DNA from: an uncultured delta proteobacterium
GTDB taxonomy: Bacteria; Myxococcota_A; Polyangia; Polyangiales; Polyangiaceae
DNA length: 64,000 nt
Assembly (NCBI GenBank): GCA_963696385.1
Contig: CAVOKF010000008.1
Coordinates: 160,001 to 224,000 of the forward strand
Reading direction: 5' to 3'
Positions 48,001 to 57,862 of the stretch are shown here, piece after piece. Position 1 is the stretch's first letter. Each line of letters begins with the position of its first letter. The notes below the pieces were generated by a model. That model ran no database searches. It was not told the DNA's origin and saw nothing but the letters and a program-made list of their open reading frames with translations. Position numbers and translations under genes: made by a program.

Positions 48001-49026
48001 CTATCCCACGGATCGGACCACCCGTTCGAGGACGTCGACATCGCGAACGGCGTCCACTTCGGCTCGATAGCTCAAAACGAGCCGATGGCGCAGCACGGGA
48101 ACCACGAGGGCACGGACGTCTTCGACGTCGGCGGCCGCTTCGCCGCGAAGCGCGGCTCGGGCCTTGGCCGCCAGCACGAGAGCCTGAGGCCCGCGCGGAC
48201 CGGCCCCGAACCGCACGAGATCCCGTACTTCACGCGGCGCCTTGGGGTCGTGCGGACGCGTCGCCCGGCCCAGCGCGACCGCGAGCTCGACCGCAGCCTC
48301 GGTCACGGGCAACCGCGGCACGAGGGCCTGAAGAGCGCGCACGTCATCGCCACCGAGCACCCGAGGCACCCTCATGGCTTGAACGCCCGTGGTCCGGCGC
48401 GCGATCTCGCGCTCCTCGTCGACGGTGGGATAATCGACGTGAACTTCGAGCAAGAAGCGGTCGAGCTGCGCCTCCGGCAGCGGGTAGGTGCCTTCTTGCT
48501 CGATGGGATTGCGCGTCGCGAATACGAGAAACGGGTCCGGCAGCGAATGGGTCTGCGTGCCGATCGTCACCCGGCGCTCTTGCATGGCCTGCAGCAGCGC
48601 GGCCTGGGTTTTCGGCGGCGTCCGGTTGATCTCGTCGGCGAGTACCAGGTTGTGGAAAATGGGGCCCGGCAGAAACCGCACGACCCGGCGGCTCGTTCCG
48701 GTGTCGACGTTGGCTTCTTCTTGGATCACGTCGGTGCCGGTGATGTCGGCCGGAAGCAGATCGGGAGTAAACTGAACGCGACCGAACGAGACGTCGAGCG
48801 CCTCGGCCAGGGAGGCGACGAGCAGCGTCTTGGCGAGCCCCGGCACCCCGACCAGAAGTGCATGACCGCGCGAGAGCAGCGCCACGAGCATGTGTTCGAT
48901 GACGTTGTCCTGACCCACGACGCGAACGGCAATGGCTTCACGCAGCCGGCGGCTCGCGTCGCGCGCCAGGGCGAGAAGGTCGACGTCGCCCAAGCCGTTC
49001 GTGATCGATCGCTCTGTCGTCGGCAT
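48001..49026 (-). CDS. MoxR-family AAA+ ATPase (MoxR proper)
   Basis: [61 protein letters not shown]. Confidence 0.95.
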   Translation of the reverse strand: MPTTERSITNGLGDVDLLALARDASRRLREAIAVRVVGQDNVIEHMLVALLSRGHALLVGVPGLAKTLLVASLAEALDVSFGRVQFTPDLLPADITGTDVIQEEANVDTGTSRRVVRFLPGPIFHNLVLADEINRTPPKTQAALLQAMQERRVTIGTQTHSLPDPFLVFATRNPIEQEGTYPLPEAQLDRFLLEVHVDYPTVDEEREIARRTTGVQAMRVPRVLGGDDVRALQALVPRLPVTEAAVELAVALGRATRPHDPKAPREVRDLVRFGAGPRGPQALVLAAKARAALRGEAAADVEDVRALVVPVLRHRLVLSYRAEVDAVRDVDVLERVVRSVG

Positions 49027-49094
49027 TCGTGCGGACAAGCAGTCGCATGCCACCTTTCGCCTGTCAAAACGCGCGACTGTTGCCTCGGTAGGGG

Positions 49095-49406
49095 TTGCGA
49101 TATGGAACTACCCCTCGGGACGCCTTGCCGACGCCCAACCACTCCCCGGATGCCGTGGTGATCGACCCCGCCGGCTTTCCCGCATCGGCCTCGGTCTGGA
49201 GCGATTCCGGAGTCTCGGCGGCTGGATCGGTACAGAACGCGGAACGACCCGAGCCGGGCCTTGCGAGAGGCCTTTGGGAAGCACCCCCATGGTTTTTTTG
49301 GACGGTCGCCGCCCTCACGGTCCTCGCGGGTGTCGCCGCTCTGACGGTCTGGATCCGGAGTGCGCTTGCGCGCGGGGGCCGCCGGCGCGGAGGAATGAAC
49401 GGGTGA
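49095..49406 (+). CDS. Small hypothetical single-TM protein
   Basis: [15 protein letters not shown] plus TM helix; stop overlaps the next start; start uncertain. Confidence 0.45.
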   Translation: MRYGTTPRDALPTPNHSPDAVVIDPAGFPASASVWSDSGVSAAGSVQNAERPEPGLARGLWEAPPWFFWTVAALTVLAGVAALTVWIRSALARGGRRRGGMNG

Positions 49407-50404
49407 ACGCTGAACCTCGAACCGCACGTGCACCCGCGGTCCGGCGCGTCCTGTTCGCCATGCTGCTCGCGGTGGTCGTCTACGGGGGGTTCGCCGTGTG
49501 GCGCGGCGTGGGGACGATGGGATCCGAGCTCCGTCGGTTCCACTGGTGGGCCTTCGGCGCGGCGTGCGGCCTGGCTTTCATGAACTACCTGTTGCGCTGG
49601 CTCAAGTGGGAGTTCTATCTCTCTCGGCTGAAGATTCGCGGAGTCGGCCGAATCGACAGTTTGCTCACGTTTCTCAGCGGCTTCGTGTTCACCGTGACGC
49701 CCGGAAAGGTCGGCGAAGTATTCAAGTCGCTCATCCTTTTCGATACGTACGAGGTGGCCGTGGCGCGCACGGCCCCGATCGTCGTCGCCGAGCGGATCAC
49801 CGACGTCATCGGCATCGCGGCCCTGATCGCCGTTGGATCGATCGGTCTGTCCGGCGGCCTGATGTGGGCGGCTGTCGGAATGACGGCGGTGATCCTGGTG
49901 GTCGTCGTCGTATCGCACCGATCCCTCTCGATGCGGCTCATCGGTCTCGTGCAACGACTCCCCGGGGCGTTTCGGCGCATCGGACCGAAGCTCCACGACG
50001 CCTACGACAGCCTCGCGACGCTGGTCCGCCCCGCCAACCTCGGCGTGCCCACGCTCCTGTCGATCGCCGCGTGGGCGCTCGAATGCGCGGCGCTCTGGGT
50101 CGTACTGCACGGCCTCGGGCAGCCGACCGGCTTCGGTCTCGCCACGTTCTTCTACGCCACGAGCACCCTCGCGGGAGCGATCGTCCCGGTACCGGGTGGG
50201 CTCGGCGTGACGGAGACGTCGCTGCAAAGCCAAATGCAGGATCTGGGGCATGTCGGCGCGACAGCCAGCACGGCCGCGATGATCCTGGTCCGCTTCGCCA
50301 CGCTGTGGTTCGCGGTGCTCGTGGGATTCGTGTCGTTGTCGATCCTGAAACGGCGCTATCCCCGGCTGCTTTCGGCCGACGCGTCACTCGACCGCGAGCC
50401 GTAG
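49403..50404 (+). CDS. UPF0104/lysylphosphatidylglycerol synthase TM-domain (flippase-like) protein
   Basis: LRWLKW, TPGKVGE, AERITD, PGGLGVTE, LVRFATLW. Confidence 0.88.
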   Translation: MNAEPRTARAPAVRRVLFAMLLAVVVYGGFAVWRGVGTMGSELRRFHWWAFGAACGLAFMNYLLRWLKWEFYLSRLKIRGVGRIDSLLTFLSGFVFTVTPGKVGEVFKSLILFDTYEVAVARTAPIVVAERITDVIGIAALIAVGSIGLSGGLMWAAVGMTAVILVVVVVSHRSLSMRLIGLVQRLPGAFRRIGPKLHDAYDSLATLVRPANLGVPTLLSIAAWALECAALWVVLHGLGQPTGFGLATFFYATSTLAGAIVPVPGGLGVTETSLQSQMQDLGHVGATASTAAMILVRFATLWFAVLVGFVSLSILKRRYPRLLSADASLDREP

Positions 50405-51337
50405 CGCTTCGAGCGCCTCGGCGAAGTCGGCCGGCGGCGGGGCCTCGAAGCGCAGTCGCGCCCCCGAACGCGGATGCACGAACCCGAGAACGCGGGCATG
50501 AAGCGCCTGTCGGCCCAGCCGTTCCGAAGCTCGACGGACGCGTGGATCGCTCGACGACCGTCCGTAGAGCGGATCGCCGATGACCGGGTGACCGCTCTCC
50601 GCGAGATGCACCCGAATCTGGTGGGTCCGGCCTGTTTCGAGGACGCACTCGACGTGGGTCGCGGCGTGGAGCCGGGCGAGAACCCGAACGTGGGTGACCG
50701 CCGCCTTGCCGCTCGCGACGCGCCCCGTGAAGCGCAGGCGATCGCGCGGATGCCGGCCATGGAGCGTCGCGATCGTGGCCGGCGCAACGTCGCCCAACGC
50801 GATCGCGACGTAGGACCGTTCGATCGAGTGCGCCTGAAACTGCGCCTTGAGAGCTTCTCGCGCGAGCGGCGTTCGGGCGACCACCATCACGCCGCTCGTC
50901 CCCTTGTCGAGCCGATGGACGATGCCCGGCCGATCGTGCGCCCCGCCGAGTTCGACCCAGTCTTCGTGTCGGAACAGTCCGCGCGCCAGAAGACCGTTGA
51001 CCAGGGTGCCGCCCGGGTGACCGCGAGCGGGGTGGACCACGAGTCCAGCCGGCTTGTCCAGGACGACGACGTCGTCGTCCTCGTACAAGATGTCGAAGAG
51101 GATGCCGCTCTCGGGCAGGGCCTGCGTCGCAGCGACAGGCTCGGGACGGACCACGACACGGTCTCCGACGCGCACCTTGGCGCTTGCCGCGCACACAACT
51201 CCCTCGACCGTCACACCTCCGTGCCCCATCCAGCGTTTCAGTTCGGTCCGAGACACCCCGAGGGCCTGCGCAACGAACCGATCCAACCGCGACCCCCGCG
51301 CCTCGGGTGGGACGAGCAGGGCGATGGTGTCTTTCAC
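50384..51337 (-). CDS. rluD: RluA-family 23S rRNA pseudouridine synthase with S4 domain
   Basis: RLDRF, KPAGLVVHP, GIVHRLDKGTSG, LETGRTHQIRVH, GDPLY, RQALHA. Confidence 0.93.
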   Translation of the reverse strand: MKDTIALLVPPEARGSRLDRFVAQALGVSRTELKRWMGHGGVTVEGVVCAASAKVRVGDRVVVRPEPVAATQALPESGILFDILYEDDDVVVLDKPAGLVVHPARGHPGGTLVNGLLARGLFRHEDWVELGGAHDRPGIVHRLDKGTSGVMVVARTPLAREALKAQFQAHSIERSYVAIALGDVAPATIATLHGRHPRDRLRFTGRVASGKAAVTHVRVLARLHAATHVECVLETGRTHQIRVHLAESGHPVIGDPLYGRSSSDPRVRRASERLGRQALHARVLGFVHPRSGARLRFEAPPPADFAEALEALRLAVE

Positions 51338-51597
51338 CAGAGCTTCGACTTGATGTGCCCCTTCGCCTTGATCAAGATGTCGACGAGCGCCCGATCGTAG
51401 AAGTTGCGAGGATACAGATCGGGCGCCACCCGTCTCTTGTAGAGGGCGCGACCCTCTTCGATCTCCTCGGCGAGCGAGTCGAAAAGGTTGTCGTTCTGAA
51501 TGCCGCTGACGATCTTGTCCTCGTTGTAAAGCGACAGATCGCTCGCAATGGCGCGCGCGAGCCGGCGTGCCGCTTCCTCGGTCTCGATGAGGGGCAT
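51334..51597 (-). CDS. romX: RomX-like small polarity protein (partner of RomR/MglA in myxobacteria)
   Basis: 87 aa; ARRLARAIASDLSLYNEDKI..GI..DNLF...EEIEEGR.LYK.RV...NFYDRA..DI....K.H.KSKLW matches my recollection of M. xanthus RomX; not checked by search. Confidence 0.72.
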   Translation of the reverse strand: MPLIETEEAARRLARAIASDLSLYNEDKIVSGIQNDNLFDSLAEEIEEGRALYKRRVAPDLYPRNFYDRALVDILIKAKGHIKSKLW

Positions 51598-51688
51598 AAG
51601 GTCGATGATGCCGCTCGAGCGCACGGGAGTCAAAGCCTTCACCTTGGTTCGGCCACTGAGCTCTGGTAAGAGCCGCTTAGAGCTGTGC

Positions 51689-53581
51689 ATGACGCTTCGC
51701 ACGATCCTCCAGGCCATCGAAGACGCCGCGAAGGCTGAGCCGACGCGCGGCTTGCGTTTCGTGCCCGAATCCGGAGTGCCGGGGTTCCCGGGCCCCAGCC
51801 GTCCCAAGGAACCGGGCGGCGGCCTGGCCGACGGGGCGCTTGTTGCCGGCAGCGAGATCAGCGAGGCGTCGTTTTCGTACACCGCCGTAGAGCGCATCAG
51901 CGCTCGGTTTGGCGGGGCTCTTCAGGCTCTCGGTCTCCGCAAGGGCGATCGGGTAGCCCTGATCTTGCCGGACAACGGCGACTTCGTATTGTGCTTTCTC
52001 GGCGCGATCCGGGCCGGCGTCATTCCGGTGCCCATCTATCCGCCGATGTCGGTCGGTCAGCTTCAGGCTTACCTCGACAACACTCGCCATATCGTCGCGA
52101 AGAGCGGCGCGCGCGTGCTCATCACGACGACGCGGATCAAGCGCCTGCTCGGCACCGTGCAGGCCGCGTGTCCGGCGCTCGAGCAAGTCGTCGCGATCGA
52201 GGGGATCCGCGAGTCGAGCGAGCCGCTGAAGGCCCAGAAGATCGGAATCGACGACGTCGCCTTCCTTCAATTCACGAGCGGGTCCACTTCGCGACCCAAG
52301 GGCGTGGCGCTCAGCCATGCCAATCTTGCCGCGAACATCGCGTGCATCATGCAAGAGGGGCTGCGCATTCGCGACGACGACGTCGGCATCTCGTGGCTGC
52401 CGCTCTATCACGACATGGGGTTGATCGGCTTCGTGTTGGCGCCGCTCTATCACCGCACGCCCATCGTCTATCTGCCGTCGCTTCTCTTTCTGAAGCGCCC
52501 GGTCACTTGGTTTCAGGCGTTCAGTCGCCACGGCGGGTCCATCGCGTTCGCTCCGAACTTCGCCTACGCGTTGTGCATCAAGCGGATTCGCCGTGCCGAT
52601 CTCGAAGGAATCGACCTTTCGAGATGGCGGGTCGCCGGGTGCGGGGCCGAACCAATCCGCCCCGAGACGCTCGAAAGCTTCGCCGGCGCGTTCGCCCCCG
52701 TCGGCTTCCGAAAGGAGGCCATCTGTGCATCGTACGGACTGGCCGAATCGTCGCTCGCCGTGGCTTTCTCGGAGCTCGACGAAGGCTTGAAGACGATGAG
52801 CGTGGACGGCCCGCGGCTCTGGGATCACGGGCAAGCGACACCCGTTTCGGAGTCGGACGAGGCGGCCGTGCGTTTGGTCTCGTGCGGGCGCCCGTTCGCT
52901 CGCCACACGATCGCGATCTTCTCGGAAGACGACGCTTCGGACGAGCGGCCGCTGCCGGATGGCACGGTCGGCGAGGTGCGCATCACGGGCCCGAGCGTCA
53001 TGCGGGGCTATTGGGAGGACGTCGAAGCCACGCGCCTTGCCTTTGCCGGAGGCGCGCTGCGAACGGGGGACCTGGGATTCTTATGCGACGGACACCTGTA
53101 CATCTGCGGACGCAGCAAAGAGATCGTGATTGTCAACGGGCGCAACTACTACCCGCAGGACATGGAATGGGAGGCGGGTAAAGTCGTCGGTGTCCGCAAA
53201 GGCAACGTGGTGGCCTTCGGCGCGCGCGATCCGAGCGGCGTCGAGCGCGACCGCGAACGGGTGGTCGTTGCGTTCGAGGTGCAGGAGACCGAGCGGTTGG
53301 GGCAATCGGCGAGCCTCATCGCCGAGGTGCGGCGCGTCGTGCAGGAGGGCATGGGCCTCACGCTCGACGACGTCGTCGCCCTACCCCCCGGTGCCCTTCC
53401 GAAAACGTCGAGCGGGAAACTGCAGCGTGCCAAGTCCCGCGAGCTCTACGAGACAGGCGTGCTCATGGGGCGTCCGAGCTCGCGCGATCCCAGCAAGCTC
53501 GACACGGCGAAGCACGCCGCGATCAGCCAGCTGAACTATCTGAAGCTTGCCGTTCTCGGCAGCCGCAAGCGCAAGGACTGA
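51689..53581 (+). CDS. Fatty acyl-AMP ligase (FAAL)
   Basis: AFLQFTSGSTSRPKGV, SWLPLYHDMGLIG, PNFAY, GAEPI, YGLAE, RTGDLGF, GRNYYPQD, PKTSSGKLQR. Confidence 0.93.
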   Translation: MTLRTILQAIEDAAKAEPTRGLRFVPESGVPGFPGPSRPKEPGGGLADGALVAGSEISEASFSYTAVERISARFGGALQALGLRKGDRVALILPDNGDFVLCFLGAIRAGVIPVPIYPPMSVGQLQAYLDNTRHIVAKSGARVLITTTRIKRLLGTVQAACPALEQVVAIEGIRESSEPLKAQKIGIDDVAFLQFTSGSTSRPKGVALSHANLAANIACIMQEGLRIRDDDVGISWLPLYHDMGLIGFVLAPLYHRTPIVYLPSLLFLKRPVTWFQAFSRHGGSIAFAPNFAYALCIKRIRRADLEGIDLSRWRVAGCGAEPIRPETLESFAGAFAPVGFRKEAICASYGLAESSLAVAFSELDEGLKTMSVDGPRLWDHGQATPVSESDEAAVRLVSCGRPFARHTIAIFSEDDASDERPLPDGTVGEVRITGPSVMRGYWEDVEATRLAFAGGALRTGDLGFLCDGHLYICGRSKEIVIVNGRNYYPQDMEWEAGKVVGVRKGNVVAFGARDPSGVERDRERVVVAFEVQETERLGQSASLIAEVRRVVQEGMGLTLDDVVALPPGALPKTSSGKLQRAKSRELYETGVLMGRPSSRDPSKLDTAKHAAISQLNYLKLAVLGSRKRKD

Positions 53582-53662
53582 GCGTTTTCTCGCGGGCCGG
53601 TCTCGGGCACGACGTCGTCGGGGAGCGGCCGAAGTGCTCGCTCACCCGTCCGTGATGTTCGC

Positions 53663-53706
53663 GCAATCTAGAATAGGTTGCAGATCAGAATCGTTCTTAC
53701 TATGCT
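53663..53706 (+). promoter_or_regulatory. Candidate sigma70 promoter with overlapping Fur/PerR-type operators
   Basis: TTGCAG (53678)-17 bp-TATGCT (53701); near-palindromes GCAATCTAGAATAGGTTGC and AGAATCGTTCT in an AT-rich patch just upstream of the Fur-family gene. Confidence 0.5.
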
Positions 53707-53715
53707 CCGCGCTCG

Positions 53716-54267
53716 ATGGTCGCGACCGAGCGGGCGAACGCGATGCTGCGCGACCTTCGTCGGTCCGGGTTGAAACTGACCCCGCAGCGGATCGCGATCG
53801 TGCGCCTGTTCGCAAGCGACCTGTCTCATCCGACCGCACAGGATCTGTTCGAACGGCTTCGCCGGGACTTTGCCTCGATGAGCTTCGCGACCGTCTACAA
53901 CACGATTGATACCCTCGCGCGCGCCGGACTCGCCGGCATCCTGCGACTGTCCGGCAAACGGGGCGAAGCGGCGCGCTTCGACCCGAATACCGCTCCGCAT
54001 CATCACGCGGTATGCGACCGATGCGGCACGGTGGTCGACATCGCCGCCGGAACTCTGTCGCCGACGCTCGCCTCGGCCAAGAAGCTCCGGCGTTCGGCGC
54101 CTGGTTTTTCGGTTCGGGCGGTGGAACGGATTTACCGCGGGCTCTGTGCGGACTGCGCACAGCCGAGTTCGCAGTCACGAAAAAGGAGAAAGCATGGCCA
54201 AGTCACTTCAGGGAACCAAAACCCACCAGAATCTCAAAGAAGCATTCGCCGGCGAATCGCAAGCTAA
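53716..54267 (+). CDS. perR: Fur-family regulator, PerR-like
   Basis: LTPQR, HPTA, SFATVYNT, RFD....HHHAVCDRCG.VVD, CADC; upstream of rubrerythrin. Confidence 0.85.
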   Translation: MVATERANAMLRDLRRSGLKLTPQRIAIVRLFASDLSHPTAQDLFERLRRDFASMSFATVYNTIDTLARAGLAGILRLSGKRGEAARFDPNTAPHHHAVCDRCGTVVDIAAGTLSPTLASAKKLRRSAPGFSVRAVERIYRGLCADCAQPSSQSRKRRKHGQVTSGNQNPPESQRSIRRRIAS

Positions 54268-54619
54268 CCGCCGGTATCTTTATTTCGCAAAAGTCGCCGA
54301 CGTCGAGGGCTTCCCCGAGATTGCCGGAAATTTCAAAGAGACGGCGGACGGAGAAACCGGTCACGCGCACGGACATCTCGACTATCTCAAGCAAGTCGGC
54401 GATCCGGCGACGGGCCTGCCCATCGGAAACACCGAGAAGAACCTCAAGGCCTCGGTGGCCGGAGAGACCTACGAATACGAAACCATGTACCCGGGCATGG
54501 CGAAGACAGCGCGAGACGAGGGTTTCGACGACGTCGCCGAATGGTTCGAGACCCTCGCCAAGGCCGAGAAGAGCCACGCGGGTCGCTTCCAGAAGATGCT
54601 CGAGGTTCTCAAGAACTGA
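54194..54619 (+). CDS. rbr: Rubrerythrin (short type without rubredoxin domain)
   Basis: [46 protein letters not shown]. Confidence 0.95.
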   Translation: MAKSLQGTKTHQNLKEAFAGESQANRRYLYFAKVADVEGFPEIAGNFKETADGETGHAHGHLDYLKQVGDPATGLPIGNTEKNLKASVAGETYEYETMYPGMAKTARDEGFDDVAEWFETLAKAEKSHAGRFQKMLEVLKN

Positions 54620-54842
54620 GCGCCCTCGGCTCTTGCCGTCGAGCGCACCTCGAAGTCGAACGCTCGCCAGCGAGGGAGCGGCTCGAGAGTGCGCGCACGA
54701 ATCGAGCGCCCTCGGCACCCGGGGTGCTTGACACGAGTCGAACGCCGAACGGATCGGATTCATCGGGACAATGCGAGCCCGGCTCGCCTTGTCCCGGCAT
54801 TCCCGCCGCGGCCAAACCTGGCTTCGTCCCTCCCCTTGGCCC

Positions 54843-56168
54843 ATGCCGAAAATCGACATCGTTCCGAAGAAGCCGCCGGCGTTGGACCCGAGCGACGATC
54901 GCTATTGGGACGCGCGCGATCTCGAGGGGGAGATGCGGCGGGTGCTCGAAATTTGTCACGGCTGCCGCATGTGCGTCGGCTACTGCGGAACTTTCCCGGA
55001 CGTCTTCGCGCGGGTCGACCGCGACATCGAACAACGGGGAGCGACCGGCGCGGAGTTGCTCGACGAAGAGGCGTTCGCCCAAGCATCCAATCTGTGTTGG
55101 CAATGCAAACTGTGCTTCGTCAAGTGCCCGTACACGGCCGACGAAGGCCACGCTTGGCGGGTCGACGTGCCCCGTTTGCTGTTGCGCGAGAAGGCGCAAC
55201 GCGCGCGGCGCACCGGGATCTCTTTGCAGGATCGCGTTCTGGGCGAGCCCCAGATCTTGGGGCGCCTGACGGCCGGACCCCTCGCGCGCGTCGCGAACTT
55301 CGTCAACGCCAACCGGCTGGTGCGAAAGACGCTCGAGGCCACGGCGGGCATCGCGGCCGATTTCGCGCTGCCCCCGTTCGGCGATACGAGCTTTGCCCAC
55401 TGGCTGGCGCGCCACGAGCCGCTCGCCGGAGCGGGATCGCGCGGCTCGGTCGCGCTCTTTGCCACGTGCCTTGGCGACTACAACTTCCCCCGCATCGCGG
55501 CGAGCGCGGTGCGGGTGCTCGAAAAGAACGGCTGGTCGGTCGTTCGCCCGCAGCAAACGTGCTGCGGGATGCCCAATCTCGACGGCGGCGACATCGACGC
55601 CGCTCGCGCCAAGGCGAGCGCGAACGTCGCGGCGCTCGCGCGCGAGGTCGAACAGGGGCGAAAGGTGGTTTCGCTTCAGCCAACCTGCGGCTACATGATC
55701 CGCAAGGAATGGCCCGAGCTCCTGCGAACGCCGGAGGCTCAGGCGGTCGCCGGGGCCACCGTGGACGTGATGGAGCTGCTCGAGCAGCAGCGGCGCGACA
55801 AGACGCTCGCGCGCGACTTCTCGAGAGGGCTCGGACGCGTGACCTACCATGCGGCTTGCCATCTTCGTGCACAGAAGATCGGCTACCCGGCCGTCCGCTT
55901 GCTGCATGCGTTGCCCGAGACCGAGGTGGAAGTGATCGAGCAATGCTCGGCCGTCGACGGGACGTGGGGGATGAAAGCGCAGTACTACGAAATGGGACGG
56001 CGCTATGCCGGCAAGCTCGTGCAGAGCATCGACGCGAGCCCCGCAGACGTCGTTCTCACCGACTGTGCGCTGGCCGCGCGCCGCGTCCTGAAGGAGACTG
56101 GCCGCGTGGCCATTCACCCCGTGGAGGCTCTCGCGCAGGCTTACGGGATCGCGCCGGACGTGCATTGA
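54843..56168 (+). CDS. Rubrerythrin-associated Fe-S oxidoreductase (GlpC/CCG-domain)
   Basis: CHGCRMCVGYC, CWQCKLCFVKCPY, CCGMP, YHAACHL, CSAVDGTWG. Confidence 0.9.
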   Translation: MPKIDIVPKKPPALDPSDDRYWDARDLEGEMRRVLEICHGCRMCVGYCGTFPDVFARVDRDIEQRGATGAELLDEEAFAQASNLCWQCKLCFVKCPYTADEGHAWRVDVPRLLLREKAQRARRTGISLQDRVLGEPQILGRLTAGPLARVANFVNANRLVRKTLEATAGIAADFALPPFGDTSFAHWLARHEPLAGAGSRGSVALFATCLGDYNFPRIAASAVRVLEKNGWSVVRPQQTCCGMPNLDGGDIDAARAKASANVAALAREVEQGRKVVSLQPTCGYMIRKEWPELLRTPEAQAVAGATVDVMELLEQQRRDKTLARDFSRGLGRVTYHAACHLRAQKIGYPAVRLLHALPETEVEVIEQCSAVDGTWGMKAQYYEMGRRYAGKLVQSIDASPADVVLTDCALAARRVLKETGRVAIHPVEALAQAYGIAPDVH

Positions 56169-56205
56169 GCGTCCGGGTGTGCCCTCCCGCATCAACGGAG
56201 GTCCG

Positions 56206-56805
56206 ATGAAACCCATCGATCGAAACGAGGTTCTCGGTTTGGCCGACTACGAGACCATCCGCGAGCGGTTCAGGTCTCGCGTCGTCGCCGAGAAGAAGCG
56301 CCGGCGCGTTCAGCTCGGCCCGAACGTCAGTGTGCTGTTCGAAAATCGGGACACGGTGCTCCTTCAGATTCAGGAGATGCTGCGCGCCGAACGGATCACG
56401 CGTCCAGGCGCCATCCAGCACGAGATCGACACCTACAACGAGAACCTTCCGGGCGACGACGAGCTGTCCTGCACGTTGATGATCGAGATCGCCGAGACGG
56501 CCGAGCGCGATGCCTTCCTGCGCGGCGCGCTGGGCTTCGAAAAAACGGTGTCGCTCGTCGTGCGAGGCGGGCGGCTCCCGGCCCACGAGGTGGCTCGAGA
56601 CGCTGGCGTGGTCGACCGGACGACCGCCGTGCACTACTTGAAGTTCAAGTTGCCGGGAGCGCTCGCCGAGGAGCTGCGGACGCTGCAGCGGGCGTCGTCG
56701 GTGCGACCGCAAGTCGAACTTCGGGTCGACCACCCGATTTACGTGGCCGCGGCGGTATTGCCACCCGAGACCGTGCTCGAATTGGCGGAGGATCTGCGAA
56801 CGTAG
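56206..56805 (+). CDS. DUF3501 family protein
   Basis: KKRRRVQLG, FENRDTVLLQIQEMLRAE, YN..LP, TLMIE, TTAVHYLKF, VDHP.Y. Confidence 0.9.
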   Translation: MKPIDRNEVLGLADYETIRERFRSRVVAEKKRRRVQLGPNVSVLFENRDTVLLQIQEMLRAERITRPGAIQHEIDTYNENLPGDDELSCTLMIEIAETAERDAFLRGALGFEKTVSLVVRGGRLPAHEVARDAGVVDRTTAVHYLKFKLPGALAEELRTLQRASSVRPQVELRVDHPIYVAAAVLPPETVLELAEDLRT

Positions 56806-56811
56806 GTCGGG

Positions 56812-56905
56812 CGCGACCCTCGACCGCGACATCGACCCCGACACTCGGCCGCGACCTCGACCGCGACGACCTCGACCGCGACACTCGACCCCGACCGGGC
56901 GACCT
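56812..56905. repeat. C-rich TCGACC-based low-complexity array at a convergent junction
   Basis: Repeated CTCGACCGCGAC / TCGACCCCGAC units. Confidence 0.75.
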
Positions 56906-56921
56906 TGGATTTCGCACCCCT

Positions 56922-57839
56922 CTAGGCGATGGCTTGGGCGTCTGGTTTTGCGGATGCAGCTCGTACGGCATCGGCGGGATCGATGCCGCTTGCGCGCAGC
57001 TTGTGGACGTACGGGATCATGGCGATGCCGAACACGAATAGGGCGATGCATCCATACTGTGCGGGTGTCAGTCCGGCGTAGCGCGTGTCTCCCCCTTCGC
57101 TTTCGGGTATGCGAAGAAAGTCCATGGCAAACCGCACGGGCGCATAGGCGATGGCCGTCACGACGACGTACGAGCCCATCGGGACGCGACGTCGCCAGGT
57201 GAGCGCAAAGCACGCGGCCAGGACGATCGTGAAGAGAAGTTCGAGAAAGCCGAGATCGAACCGGGGATCGTGGCCGTGGATGAATTCGATGAAGCCGATT
57301 CGCGTCACGGATCCGTCGCCGGCGCGAAGCGGATGCTCCACGGCCAAGAGGCTGTCGGGCGACGCGCGTCCGCCGAGATGATCGTGGACCGTAGAACAAC
57401 CGGCGCGACCGAACATCCAGCCGATCGGAAGCACGGAGAGAACGAGGTCGGCGAACGGCAAGATCGGCATCGGTCGCGGCCGAACGTGCGGACGCCCGTC
57501 GTCGATCACGTAGTACCGCCAGAGCAAGATTCCGACGACGGCCCCGACGAACCCCCCGAACGAGCTCAGTCCCATCCACGGCATGAAAAGAAACCAGGGA
57601 CGCGCGACGACCTCGTCCCAGTGGTAAAAAATCGAGTCGAGGAAGTGCGACAGCAGGAACGCGGCGATCAACATCCAGGTGACGAACGAATTGAACTGAA
57701 CCACGTCGTAACCGAGCTTCTGTGCCCGGCGCGTGGCGATGGATGTGCCCGTGAGCACGCCGGTCGCGACGAGCAGCCCAAAGGGATGGATCGGTATGGG
57801 ACCGATGTGCAGATCGGGAACGTGGATGTAAGGGACCAT
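56922..57839 (-). CDS. lgt: Prolipoprotein diacylglyceryl transferase
   Basis: GPIPIHPFG, GLSSFGGF, GWMFGRAGC...D, RFAMDFLR, LTPAQ. Confidence 0.88.
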   Translation of the reverse strand: MVPYIHVPDLHIGPIPIHPFGLLVATGVLTGTSIATRRAQKLGYDVVQFNSFVTWMLIAAFLLSHFLDSIFYHWDEVVARPWFLFMPWMGLSSFGGFVGAVVGILLWRYYVIDDGRPHVRPRPMPILPFADLVLSVLPIGWMFGRAGCSTVHDHLGGRASPDSLLAVEHPLRAGDGSVTRIGFIEFIHGHDPRFDLGFLELLFTIVLAACFALTWRRRVPMGSYVVVTAIAYAPVRFAMDFLRIPESEGGDTRYAGLTPAQYGCIALFVFGIAMIPYVHKLRASGIDPADAVRAASAKPDAQAIA

Positions 57840-57862
57840 GAATGGGCGCTTCGACGTCTATC

